From contig CP075495.1 in the NCBI GenBank assembly GCA_021613535.1, positions 620,001 through 684,000 on the forward strand: 64,000 bases of DNA, written 5' to 3'. Below are positions 1 through 12,539 of this stretch, in pieces. Both the position numbers and the translations under genes were made by a program. The notes beneath the pieces were generated by a model, which had not been told where the DNA came from, ran no database searches, and worked only from the letters and a program-made list of their open reading frames with translations. Each line of letters opens with the position of its first letter. Positions within the stretch are counted from its first letter, which is position 1. The stretch comes from Adineta vaga (Eukaryota; Animalia; Rotifera).

Positions 1-807
1 TGCTCATCAGCATCAAGTATTATTCCAGTTGGACAATCTAGTGTAACACCTGATGATAGTCCCTGTTCAGCTATTATTGTGCCATTCGGTGATCCCACCT
101 CAAAAAATTGTATTCTATCATTACCACATTCAGACACATACAATCGAAAAGTAATGGTAACAAAAATCCCACACGGACCATAAAGCATGTTGGATGATGA
201 TCCAAATGAACCAGTGCCGGCAACTGTGGCAACTGTACTTGTCATATTATTTAACGATTTTGCCAACACCCGGTGCTTATCCGTTATAGAACAATATAAA
301 GTATTGTTGATATCGATGAAAAGTCCGGCACAGCGTCCAGTATTATTCATGACAATCGTAGTACTACTTGGACTTATCGTTTTCTTTTCTATTCGAAAAG
401 GATTGTTTAGATCAACAAAGATATCATTCATATCGTTGATGAAAAGAGCGTATGGTTCATCAGAATAAGTAATAAGTGATGTTTTTAAATTATATGAATT
501 TGTAGTCAACCACACATCTATTCGCTCATCCTTTTGTTCACTTACATAGATAGTATTATTAGTACTGATGAATAGACTATTAACACGATGATTACCGCCA
601 TTATACTTAATAATATCTATAGGAGATGGATTCCATGTAGCATTTGGACAAAGTTTCGGTTGATTGTATGAAATCGCTAAATAGGAAGAAAACAAATATG
701 AATTATTTCTCGTAAATGATTTTCATACAGAGAGAATGTGTTGTAATTCCATTGAAAGTAAATACTATAACGATCAATAACATATTTGATACATTATCAT
801 TTGACAT
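1..807 (-). CDS. Secreted/surface NHL-repeat protein, 3' end outside window (exons 807-729 and 676-<1)
   Basis: Manual translation gives a hydrophobic leader (MSNDNVSNMLLIVIVFTFNGITTHSL), a phase-1 GT-AG intron at 728-677, then SYNQPKLCPNATWN and NHL blades (CAGLFIDINNTLYCS, TVAGTGSFGSSSNMLYGPCGIFV, LDCPTGIILD). It is divergent from the six-copy NHL family. Confidence 0.8.
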
Positions 808-1111
808 GACGATCGAGTAACTCTCCTTTTTATGTCAAATAAATTTTTGTAGAAAGTAATTCTTTTTTTTATGATTTACATTTTTTATAGAAAATTAAAT
901 AGAAACAATGTTCCTTTCTCTGTTTCAGCTTTTTATTTATTTGTCTACTTCTAGTTCTTGAAAAGTCAGATATTTAAATAAACAAATAAAACTTTGTTCC
1001 ATAAAAAAAAGTCATAATCATGATTTAAGATTGAATAAACATAACGTTCTCATTTTTATTTTATTTAAAAAAATAATAATTAAAAATTTGTTATTGAAGA
1101 TTACAAAAGTT

Positions 1112-2299
1112 TTAAACTTGAAAAAGACATCCACGATAAACACGATCTTCAACATAATCTTCGACATAATTTCCTGATGGTAACGGATCATTATTCTTTT
1201 GTTTTAAAAGTTCTAAATTTGGATCTTGATTAACTACAATAATCCATGAAAGAATTTGCCTTTTACTTTTTACACAAAATTCATCAGCACCGAATGGATG
1301 TTCATAATAGATCGTATCATATCCTTCAACAGTCTTCCATAGAGTTGGATCAGTAATACGTTTTGTCTTTCCTAAGTCAACTCGAGCACATATATACGCA
1401 CCGAATTGATTTGCTTTGAATTCTGTATGATTAAGTGACGTAGCGAAATAAACTCCTGGTCCAATCCAACCTTTCGGTGATGGTTCGAAATTGTTTTTAG
1501 CGATCATCGATGCAAATTTATGACTTGTTTGATGAAAACCAATTACTATTTGACCATCTTGAGTTTTTTCCGGTGAATATTTTGTATTACCAGAATGATA
1601 CATAATTACATGATAAAGATCTCGTGATGAACAATTCTCTCCATGACTACATCGTGAACTTTGCCAATAACTTGTTTGTTGATCATTTGTTATTGAAAGT
1701 GGTAAAAAACGTAAATGATGATCATCATATTTTACTTTTTCTTTAGCTGGTCGATCAGGTCGATAATAAAACCATAGACGATAATAATGTAAATATTCTA
1801 CTAACAACAATATCAATGCAGGAACTAATGTAAATCCAGCAAGTATTGAATAACCTAATCCAATTGGACTATATCGATTAGCACAAACACAAGAGAGAAT
1901 AAATGCAATAAAGCGCATAATTTCAAATAGAATTAAGATTAATAAACGTGTTAATAGAACAAGATGAGGATGTTGAAGATAACATTCACAACGAATACAT
2001 GTTAATGTAGAAAAATTTCATGCAAATATTTGAGAACAACAACCAACTTTTTCACGATCTGATTCAAATAAAATGGGTCCAATATAACGAAGTGAAACAT
2101 AACTTAAATTAGCAATGAATATGATAAATGATGAAGCTAATTCAATTAATAAAATAATGATAGGAAAAGCTATTGAATCACTTTTAGCTGATGATAAATC
2201 AGTACATAAAACAATAAAACGAATAATAAAGAATATTGTACAAATTGTATGTAATGTTACCAACCAACGATAACGTCTGAGATCGTCTTTTAACCACAT
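1112..2299 (-). pseudogene. Multi-pass membrane protein with C-terminal PARP/Gig2-like ADP-ribosyltransferase domain, interrupted by one in-frame TGA (2020-2018)
   Basis: ORFs 2018-2341 and 1112-1918 are in the same frame: IFA*NFSTLTCIRC aligns to SSLWPIATMTCIRL of the neighbouring paralog. About 4 TM helices are followed by GFHQT...GWIGPGVYFA...ICARVDLGK...GYDTIY...DEFCV (H-Y-E-type motifs). Confidence 0.75.
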
Positions 2300-2582
2300 G
2301 ACAATCGAGTATTCAATTTGAAAAAGATGAAAAGATTTCAATGGTAAAACAGAGTCACAGACACTTAAGAATAACGTAGAGATTCCTTTTTACCAACTTG
2401 AATCTTTCACCGAAAATCATCGAATGCTCCGAGTTTTTCTTTTCTTCAAACAATCATAGGTAAAAACCAAGTGAGGTACATTTTTCTTTCGCGTGATGTT
2501 GGCAAACATTAAACGCACAGAAGAAAAAACAATTTGAAACACTCGGATGTAAGAATTACTTACAACAAATCAAGAACAAACC

Positions 2583-3791
2583 ATGGTCTCTATTTGTCGA
2601 CAGCCAATTAACTGTTATAATGATCGAACAAGATGTAAAACAATGTTTGTTTTCCATATATTCGATTTCATCTTCTTTATCATTCGACTCAGTCTTGTTT
2701 CCAATGATATTTCAAAGAAAGTTTCAGAAACAATGCCTTTTCTTATTCCAATTCTTATCTTTGATCTACTTGGTTCAATTCCTATTATTATTTGTAATTT
2801 CATTTATTTATTTATGCGATGTTGTATTGATCCATTATCTAATTCAGATACAACTTGTTCATCATTATGGCCAATTGCAACCATGACATGTATTCGACTT
2901 GATTGTCATCAAAATCGTCCACAAGCTATTCTTTTAGTGAGAATTCTATTTATTTTGATTTCATTTATTCTACGATTTATATGTTTTGTTATTGGTGCAT
3001 CTTGTTCTGCTCGTTTTCAATCTCAATGTACAGCATATGCTGTTGTTGCTGGATTTGCCATTGTTTCATCAATCATTGTTATTATAGTCGAATTTGTTCA
3101 TTTTTTTCGTTTATGGAATTATAATCCAACTGATAATCGAAATAATGATGGAAAAAGTAATTATTCAACACTATCTCAACCAAAAATGATTACGAAAACT
3201 CATCGTCGTCATCTTCGTTTTATTCATAAATCATTATTAAATGATGACAATTCCGAAGGCTTTCGACGTTCACGATGTAAACAAGGAAAGGATTGTATAA
3301 GTCAAAGTCTTCATCATTATTTATTATATCATTCACTTGAGAAACATAATATTCCAGATTTTTCAACTTTATCTGATAAAGAAACGAAATGTTTCATTGC
3401 ATTTTATCAAACAACTACTGATGAAGCGTATCTTATTGCTCAAAATGGATTTCCCTATGGATCAGATCCAGCTAATCACTTCAAAGATTATTTACATCTT
3501 CGAAAAGATATTTTCTTTACACGTACATGTAATTATTCAACATGTGAAGCAGTTGTTTGTGTTCAATTGAATTTAGGAAGAACATATACACTTCTAAATA
3601 TTACAAGTATCGATGATTTAAATCAATATTTTACTAAAGCTGATGGACAATATGATACAATTTATGTAACACATTCCAATCGAATATATATACGAGTACC
3701 TGATCAAATTGAACGATGGATTATAACAATAACTCCAAAAGGAAAAATCAATGATGATCTTGATGGAAATTTTTATCGACCTTGTCTTTAA
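2583..3791 (+). CDS. Paralogous multi-pass membrane protein with degenerate PARP/Gig2-like domain
   Basis: 402-aa intronless ORF collinear with the 1112-2299 product (TCIR, RLW.Y.P, HLRF, SRC..G..C.S..L.H...YH, LG.T, YDTIY). The catalytic His and Glu positions are not retained (FYQTT; NRIYI). Confidence 0.75.
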   Translation: MVSICRQPINCYNDRTRCKTMFVFHIFDFIFFIIRLSLVSNDISKKVSETMPFLIPILIFDLLGSIPIIICNFIYLFMRCCIDPLSNSDTTCSSLWPIATMTCIRLDCHQNRPQAILLVRILFILISFILRFICFVIGASCSARFQSQCTAYAVVAGFAIVSSIIVIIVEFVHFFRLWNYNPTDNRNNDGKSNYSTLSQPKMITKTHRRHLRFIHKSLLNDDNSEGFRRSRCKQGKDCISQSLHHYLLYHSLEKHNIPDFSTLSDKETKCFIAFYQTTTDEAYLIAQNGFPYGSDPANHFKDYLHLRKDIFFTRTCNYSTCEAVVCVQLNLGRTYTLLNITSIDDLNQYFTKADGQYDTIYVTHSNRIYIRVPDQIERWIITITPKGKINDDLDGNFYRPCL

Positions 3792-4084
3792 TAAAACTTC
3801 CATTGATTATACATCACTTTTTCTTTTCTTCGTTCTTCACGTTGATCTTAAAATGTATTATTTTTTTTAATATTTCAGTAACAATTTTTGCATTAATAAT
3901 GATTCCATATGCTTGACTGTTTTTACCAACTCAAGAAAGAGAAAAACAAAACAACAATCCATGAGAAAATGATTTTTTTTTTCAATAATGTTTTCGTCAT
4001 GATAATGAGATGGGTATGGCTATATGTATCTTTTCTCTACATTCACACATTGTATCGATAGAAATTAGTTTCTAAACATTGAAA

Positions 4085-4177
4085 TTATCTGGGTCTTGAT
4101 CTATAAGAATAATCCATGAACGAATTTGATCTGTGTTTTAACACAAAACTCATCAGCACCTAATGGATGTTCATAAA
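4085..4177 (-). pseudogene. 3' relic of a second copy of the 1112-2299 gene
   Basis: acacaaaactcatcagcacctaatggatgttcataa matches ~1272-1307 and translates to YEHPLGADEFCVK...QIRSWII with a frameshift. Confidence 0.7.
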
Positions 4178-4179
4178 CT

Positions 4180-4504
4180 GCTGAAAAAGGATTTCCTGCT
4201 GGAACGGCTAAAGCTTCTAAATATAAAGAATATTTACGCCTTGATAAGAAAGTTGTTTTCAGACGCAATTATATGTGCACGTTTGAATTTAGGAAGATTA
4301 TTAGTAATTTCTAAAGCTGAAAGTCTTAATCTTGATGATTATTTTGCACGTGCCGATGGTAGATATGATTCAGTTCATGTCACAAATAAGGATGAGATTT
4401 ATCTTCGAATGCCAAGTCAAATTGAAAAATGGATAATAAGTATTCATTCAAAAGTGAATGTTAATGATAAACTTGATGGAAATTTTTATCGACCTTGTCT
4501 TTAA
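4180..4504 (+). pseudogene. 3' relic of a second copy of the 2583-3791 gene
   Basis: AEKGFPAG...YKEYLRLDKKVVF is followed, after a frameshifting deletion, by ICARLNLGR...QIEKWII...LDGNFYRPCL*, the same C-terminus as 2583-3791. No 5' part is present. Confidence 0.8.
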
Positions 4505-4915
4505 TAGAACAACTTTTTCTTCTTATATTTTGTATATTGAGAGTATAGAGATGGTCCAGTTTTCTCACGTACCGTCTACACTCTGGAAAAAAAACTTATC
4601 TTGTATAATAAAAGATTTTGAAATAAATGTATTCACTTTCTTGTTTTATAATACATACAAAATGATATATGATGGTTATCAACTGTGTGTGGGTGTCACG
4701 TTAGTGATGTTGTATAAAGTACAATGAATTCTAAGTTTTTCTTTTTCGTATAACACTACTTACACAATTTATATTAGCATAATCATTGGTTCGATCTGTG
4801 TATCTATAGCATTATTCGTCATTCATCGTTTTGTGTTTTTGCTCATTTCCGATAACTTCTGTCAGACTGCGATGTACAAATGTGTATATCTGTATTTAGG
4901 TATTCTTGTTTATTA

Positions 4916-5707
4916 CTAATTCAAGCAAAGTTTATATAGTTCTATGTATTCACAGGATGCTGCAGCTTGTGCCTTCCTTGTGCACATTATAGGTTGCTTC
5001 ACAATGAACACATTTTTCAATAAATGTTGTGCGCATTTCAAGAATATTCCGATATTCAGCATATAGATAGCCTTTTCATTCTTTTGAGCGAATGATTCGT
5101 GTCGAAAACAGCCCATATAGAAAACGCCTTGTTCGAAGAATTCTTCTATTAATTCTTGTCGTTGTTGTAAGCTTAAATTTTCTTTCATATAAATATCTTG
5201 TTTGTTAATACGGTCAGCTAAACTAAAGACAAGTGCGAATATGTGCACATTTGTCACATCATGTGTAATATAAGCATCAAGAAATTCTTTGATTTTTCGT
5301 TGCTGTTTGTAACACCACTTTTCTTCAATTCTAAAAAAAGATCTAAAATAAAAACACGATCACTTTTTAATTTTAATTTCGTGAATGTTAAAAGGTATAG
5401 ACAATGAGACCACCATATCGAGAAATGTATTTTGCATTTCTAAAATTGATTCATATTCTCGTGTCAAAGCAGCAATATTCTTTGTACTATAATATTTTTC
5501 TTGTATTGCTCCCATAAAAAACAAATCCTTTGCAAAAAATATAATATGTAACTTGTTTCGTTGCCTCATAGGATCGTTTATCTCAAGATTTGTAAAAAAC
5601 ATCACCAAGAATATTTGCCACAGTTGACTTTCCAGCTCCTTCTGCTCCAATAAGTATAATATTTCGATAAATATAACTTTTGAATTGATATTTATTATGT
5701 ATGGCAT
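4916..5707 (-). CDS. Hypothetical protein, probably two exons or a disrupted gene
   Basis: Two adjacent same-strand ORFs (5360-5707 and 4916-5257, open upstream to ~5330) with a possible very short intron. The two halves show weak mutual similarity (FFAKDLFFMG / FFEQGVFYMG). No family recognised. Confidence 0.35.
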
Positions 5708-5927
5708 TCGTCATTTTAAAATTTCAATTAATCAAATTCACACAAATAAAATGATGTCGATGAAAAGAAGTTTGATTGTTATTTCGAAAAAAAAGATTTA
5801 TTATACATAATAGAAATTCGCTGATAATATTAGACATTCTCTAAAATGTGATATAAATTAAAAAGGAGAAAACAAGCAGGGTTAAAGTTAAGTGGATGAA
5901 GATAAATAAATAAATATATATATATAT

Positions 5928-6929
5928 TCACACCCAAACCCATTCTTTACCATTATCAGAGAGATCTTTCGCCATTGGATGTCGTAATTGATTAATATAA
6001 ATCGATGGTTCTTCAGGTGAATATTCTCGACCAAGTGCTAATTTTGTTTGAAGTATTGAACCCATTGATGGTTGAATATTTGCCGGAGGTTTATAATGAA
6101 TTATTTGTGGTGTAATTGGACGACGAACACGATCGAGATGAAGAGCAGTTTCATTCATAATTGGTATATCGAATGTTGTACTTGGTTGTATAATTGATGA
6201 AACATATTGTTTCGTTGTATCATTTGCAAATAGAGGTTGTCGTAATCGTGCAATATTAATCGATGTTTCTTGAGCTGGTTCTTCTTCTGTAAGTGCATAA
6301 TGTGTTTTAAGAATTGTTCCAGTTGATGGTCGAGTATTTAGAGGAATTTTATATGTAGTTGGGTGTGATAAACTTGTTCGTTGACGATGATCAAGTTGAA
6401 CAGAACTTTCCAGAGGTTCTGCATAATGATCAAGAACACGTATTTGTGAAATAGATGTAATCTTTTTCTTTCTTCCTCCTGATTGTTGATGACGTGCATG
6501 ATTAATATGAATTGGTGTTTCATGTATTTCTTCATTGTAAATATTCATACTCATTGGAGTTGTACGTAAAATAACATTTGATTTTTGTTTTATATTGGCT
6601 GGTGCTTTATATTCATATGGATACGATACTTCGGAACGACGAAGTTGATGTGCAAGAAAACCTGTATCATCAAATAATCGAATATCTTCAGTAAACATTG
6701 GTTGTAAAATTCTCGTTGCTCTGCCTGAAGTTCCCGAAGAACCTACAGGTAAACGTCGATTAATCATATTGGCAATATAGTGTTCATCTTCATACATATC
6801 TACCGATGGGAATAGATTCGAAATATGAGATACTCGACTTGGGAATAATGATGATGATCCAATATTCTTTAAAAAAAAAAAAACTTTTACATTAATAAAC
6901 TATTTTTCACTTACCTTTGGTTGATTCAT
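5928..6929 (-). CDS. Uncharacterised protein with internal imperfect repeats (exons 6929-6915 and 6866-5928)
   Basis: Micro-exon MNQPK with a GTAAGT donor splices in frame to the 289-aa ORF. Three repeats of YKxPxN...IL[RKQ]T...E..I.I...R are visible. Confidence 0.65.
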
Positions 6930-9160
6930 GATAGACACACAACTAATAATACGTATATCTTCTAAAACAAAACAAAAATAATCAATAAATACTCTCATCT
7001 ACCATAAGAACAACGAAGACTAAAACAGAATCGCTATGAATGTTCTACGCAATAACTAACAAGAAAAAGAAAGAAACTAGTGTCTATTATCTATCAATGT
7101 CGTTTGAAGAGAAAAAAAACAACGACAGAAAAAAATTTGATTTGTATTCGGTCATCAGTGGGCAGCTGTACTGTCGAGAGAATTGTAGAAAGAAAAAGAA
7201 TATTATATATTACAGAAACTTCTTTTTCGTTGATGATATCGTTTATAGATGGAAGATAATGACCGATATATACATACAGAAGGACAAATGTATAGCGTAG
7301 GATAAAAGATAATACATATACAAATACAAAAATAGTTTATATTGTTGAGAGACATCAGACTATCTTTGATATCAATATTTATAAGTTAATAAATAAATGT
7401 GAAAACTTCGCATTTCATCCGAAAGTTATGTGTACTGTAAAAAAGTATATGAGAGAAAGATTAAAATTATCATGAGAAATCTTTTCGATATACACGTTCT
7501 ATGATCACTTGTTTCTGAATGATATGAATTTTTGTGTTTGTATCTAGCGGAAATATCGTTGTAAACAACCTCCTGAATCGATAAAAAATACATGATGATA
7601 GATACGGACATCAGCATTTGGGATGTTTTTTGACAAGTTTTAGTTAGAAAACTAGGATTTTATTCAAAACTAACACCATATTTAGAATCAGCTTTAAAAA
7701 AATCGCTGTACCCTCTCTTCTCGGGGATGATCTGGCCAAAAATCACAATTTTTTCTATAACTCAATTATTCCTTGACAGATCGATCTCATCTTCGAACTC
7801 GACCGAGATATTGATGAGACTGAACTGTATATCCTTTCAAAAGTTATCGTATAAACGGCCGGGCACACTGATCGATTCTATAGTGTCCTCACTTTTCAAG
7901 TAGACAAAAACAAAACAATTCTATAAACCTTGGTTTTTTTCTTTCTTGTTCTGTTTCATCATGTTAAGTAAACATCAATACATTCAATGAAATGCAGAAT
8001 AATGAGAATAATTATCAAGAATATTATCAACAGATTAATCAATGGGAAAAATTCAAATCCAAGAAGGGTGTGAGTGATAGGGCATTAAAAAGTATGTAAT
8101 GTTAAATCACATCGTCATCCATATCCTCAATTCGAAATTTTCTCTTTAGAAGAGAAACATTTCTAAACTGACAAACATATTCAAAGTGTTTTATGTTCGT
8201 CAAACATTTCGAAGATTTCTTTTTGCAAAGAAAAGAATTCTTTCGTTAAGTATTCGAGTGTTTTTTTACTTGTTGGAAAAAATTTCATTTGATTTTTTTC
8301 GTCGACAAAGTAAGTTTTGTATGAAGAAATCTTTGAAGAAATGAATTTCGACTGAAATATATCATTTATCTTTGTTCTCCAATAAATAAAGTTCCGTAAA
8401 AATTTCAGTTTATGTTCTTTTACTTTTCTTTATAAGGTTAGACTTCTTCTAAATGAGATAAGCGAGTTCCAAGAGAGATTATATTGTATGCCTTCACTTA
8501 TCTTAAGCATAACTTATGAATCATTTTTTTTGTTGGGTTCAGTTTAAATTGTGAGAAGCGCACACGTTTATGTTCATCTCTAGCGAGACAAGTAGACATA
8601 TTGATTAAAATCTAGAAGAAGTACAGATGAACATCTATCAGATAAGTTTCTTCACGCAAAATGTGATTTTTTTATCACTGAATATCATGAAGGAGATGTG
8701 TGTGATTCAAAAATTGAGTAAGAATGAAAAGAATTTATAATATAAGATCTAAAACTAAGAATTTCCCAAACAATGTCAAATACTTCTACTAGTATATAAA
8801 GGAAATTAAATCTTATTTTATTTATCATACTAAAACGTGTTGTATCGACAAAAGAGAAGTATTTGAGTATAAATGAATAAACACATATTCTCTTTTGAAA
8901 ACTAACAGTTTCTGAAGTTTAAAAGAATCTTTCATAGATCTAACAGAGCTTTTAGTGATGCTATTTGAAAATTTTCAAAGAATATGAAGAAAAATTTAGT
9001 CATCGAACGAAATATTTTTCGACTTATATTGTAAAATAAATATTATTATTCTACACACAATAAAGATACTCTGATAGTCAAAATAAGTGATAATTCATTA
9101 CTGATTGACATAATTATTTTAGATTATTTCTTATCTTCTTTCTCTCAATTAAACGAATAA

Positions 9161-11221
9161 ATGACAACAAAAACTCGTTTTAGTGATATTGATTGTTCAT
9201 TTAAAAGATTAACACCAATTTATGGTTTTCAAAGTCAAAAACTCGTTTCACTTGATGAAGCATTAAAACCAATTGAATCACAAATTGATCAATTACAATA
9301 TTATATAAAAATCGCAAAAAAACATTGTCATTATCCATCTTCAGATGGATTAACACGTGATGAATCAGCTTCGATTTATATTTATACAATGGAATGGGGT
9401 GAACAAACTTTATATCGTCTTTTAAATCAAGCATTAAGAAATGAAAATAGACAAATTATTAAAATTTGGTTTCCTTATTTAAAATTATTTCATTCTGCAT
9501 TGAATAAATTACCAACTGTTAAAGAAATTATTTGGAGAGGAATTCCTGAAGATATTGGAAAACATTTTATTAAAAATCAACTTTTAACTTGGTGGTCAAT
9601 CAATTCATGTTCATCATCTGTTAATGTTATTAAACATTTTCTTGGAGATAATCAAAAATCAACTATGTTTTTAATTGAAGCATTAAAAGGAAAAAAAGTA
9701 TCGGGTTATACAGAATATGAAAATGAAGATGAAATTATTTTATCAATGGGAACTCAATTTCGTGTCAAATCTAATGCATTAGATCATCCAAATGGATCAT
9801 ATATTGTTCATTTAATTGAAATTAATGATGACGAAGATAATGAAGATTCATTAGCAACAGCAACAAATCAAATTAGTTTAACAAAAATTAAAATAAATCA
9901 AAGTAAATTCATTTCAATTTAATCTTTTCTTTTTAATAAAATAAATCTCAAAATATTTACAAATTAAAAAGAAAATGAGATGTTCTTTGATCTTTTAATT
10001 GATAAAACAAAAGAAACGAATGATTTTCTTATTCCAAATCTCGTCAAAAAACAAAGAAAATTTTCGGTTTTTTTCTTTAATTTCTTCGAAAAAAATTAAA
10101 ATCAAATTTGTTTTCATTGAAATCTTTTCTATGAACAAAATTAATTCTAAAGAGCTTCTTAGAAAAGTTTCTTTTTGAATAAAATCTTCGATTCAAATAA
10201 ATCAAACATTTCTCATTTACTTTTAATCAAAAAATTCAAACTCAATTTCGAATGAAAATCAAATCAAAAAGAAAATCTTTCGTTTTTTCATCAATTTCAA
10301 ATCTTTTCTTTTCTTTGTTTAGAAACGAAATTTCAACAAAATGGAACAATTGTTGCGGGAGGAAATGGAGATGGAAATCAATTAAATCAACTCTATCTTC
10401 CTGTTGGAATCTTTGTTGATGAAAACAAAAACATTTTCATTGCTGATTATGGGAATCATCGTATTGTTGAATGGAAATGTGATGAAAAACAAGGACAAAT
10501 CATTGCAGGTGGAAATGGACAAGGAGAGAGAATAGATCAATTGAATCATCCATCAGATGTGATTGTTGATCAACAAAATCATTCAATCATCATTGCTGAT
10601 CAACACAACAGCCGAGTGATGCGATGGTCAAGAGATCAAAAACAACAAATTCTCATTCAAAATATTGATTGTTTTGGTTTAACAATGGATCAACATGGAT
10701 TTATTTATGTTTCTGATTATAAGAAGGATGAAGTGAGAAAATGGAAGTTAGAAAAGATTAATGAAAACAAAGAAGGAATATTAGTTGCAGGTGGAAATGG
10801 AAATGGAAATCAAAGAAATCAACTCAACTATCCTTCGTTCATCTTTGTTGATAAAGATCAATCTCTTTATGTTTCAGATTATTGGAATCATCGTGTGATG
10901 AAATGGAGAAAAGATGCGAAGGAAGGAATTGTTGTGGCTGGAGGAAATGGTCAAGGAAACAATCTTAATCAATTGAATCATCCTCGAGGATTGTTTGTTG
11001 ATGAATGGAATCAAATCTATGTGGCAGATTCGGTGAATCATCGAATAATGCGATGGTGTGAAGGAGATGAAGAAGGGGAGATTGTTGTTGGTGGAAATGG
11101 TTTTGGAAGTGAATCAAATCAATTGAATGGTCCTCGAGGTTTATCATTTGATTTTGAAGGAAATCTTTATGTTTCAGATTGTTGGAATCATCGAATTGTT
11201 CGATTTGATAAAATTCATTGA
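9161..11221 (+). CDS. Gene A: ARTC-type (R-S-E) ADP-ribosyltransferase fused to 6-blade NHL propeller, 546 aa (exons 9161-9902, 10323-11221)
   Basis: ART motifs IWRG, WSINSCS and ENEDEII. The phase-1 donor A|GTAAAT at 9903 joins in frame to the acceptor TTTAG|AAACGAAA at 10323. Confidence 0.88.
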
Positions 11222-11830
11222 AATGAACTTTGCATTTCAAAGGAAAAGATTTGATAAAAAACGATTTTTGTTGATTTGATTTTGATTTTAAAAAAGAAAA
11301 AAGATTTTTTTCGAAATAAAATTGAGAAAATCTTTTAGTTTTTTGGAAAGACTTAGAATGGAAAAAAATGCAAAAGTTGATTTGTTTCGCTGAAATTGTT
11401 TTGTCAAAGAATTTTTCTTGTCGTGAAAAATGATTTTTGATTAAATTGAAATGAAATTTGTCGAAAGAAATATTTTGATTTGATAAAAATGTTCGTTGAA
11501 TCAAAGATTTTGTGTTTTTGATAATTCTATTTCTTTGAAAATAAAAAAAAGAATTTGTTTTGGTCAAATATCGATTTAAAATGATTAAAAATTAATTTGG
11601 ATTCGAAGGATTTTCGAAGAAAATTATTTGTAAATGTTGTTTGAAGAAATATTTCTAAAAAACGATTCTTTTTGCGAATGTTTTGACAAATTCGATGTGA
11701 TTTCTTAAAACTTCAACAAATTTTACGAGTGAAAACGAAGAAAAAAAAAGTTGAAATCGGATGGAAAAGTTATTTAAATTTTGTTGAATTTGAGTTTATT
11801 TTGATTGATGAAATGATCGAAGATATTCAA
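11222..11830 (+). repeat. 3' flank of gene A, highly similar to 3' flank of gene B (20703-~21310)
   Basis: Direct comparison shows long identical runs through to gatgaaatgatcgaagatatt. A further weaker block is 12240-12385 vs 21310-21480. Confidence 0.85.
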
Positions 11831-12459
11831 ATTAATATTTTAATCTAAAGATGAAGAAAGTGAAAATGGTTTTCATTGTTATAACGATGAAAGTTTCATC
11901 GACTTTAATGAAAAGAATCGAAAGATTTTCATTAAAATATTTTAATTTGATGCAAAAGAAAAGTTTTTAATTATTTGATTTGTTTCTCATTTGAAGAACA
12001 AAGAATTTCTTTTTTTTTTCACAAATTTCTTTGAAATGATCAATAAAATAGAAAAAAGAAATTTAAGTTTTTTGATCTCATATAAAAACATTTCTTTTGT
12101 CTTTTGTTTTTTGTTTTTAACATTATTATTGATTATGATCAATTTAGAGAAAAAAGAAAAGAAAATAGTTTTGTCTAGTTGAATTTTTTGTTTAATTAAC
12201 TTAATTTGTTGATGATCGTGTTAATGGAGAGAAAATATCATTTTCATAATGAAAAATATAAAAGAATATTCAACGAGTTAAAAATTAAGAGAGAAAAACA
12301 AGGAACGGATGACGAAAAAATAGAAAAAGTATCCACAGAAATGGAAACGAGGAAAGGCATTTACGAATGTAACTAGAAAAAATTAATCTTTCACTCGAAA
12401 TCTTACTGCACGATTTACATTGTTAAAGTTTCAGTTGAGTTTTCAATCTGGAATCTATT

Positions 12460-12514
12460 AGGGTGTGGGTGCGGATGAAGAAGGCCACAACATGCATATC
12501 CACACCCACACCCT
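12460..12514. repeat. Short hairpin element with telomere-like inverted arms
   Basis: AGGGTGTGGGTGCGGAT ... ATCCACACCCACACCCT, a 16/17 inverted match. Confidence 0.8.
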
Positions 12515-12539
12515 CGTTTTCTAGTCGGCATCATCATTC

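Noticed and set aside
7640-7900. GC-richer patch resembling a transposon-derived fragment
   Set aside because: No termini, second copy or ORF in the window to support the call.
10965-11567. Recurrent antisense ORFs (MIN...HFHQQQSPLLHLLHTIALFDD) opposite the NHL exons
   Set aside because: Shadow frames of the repeated exon; their lengths and stops vary between copies.
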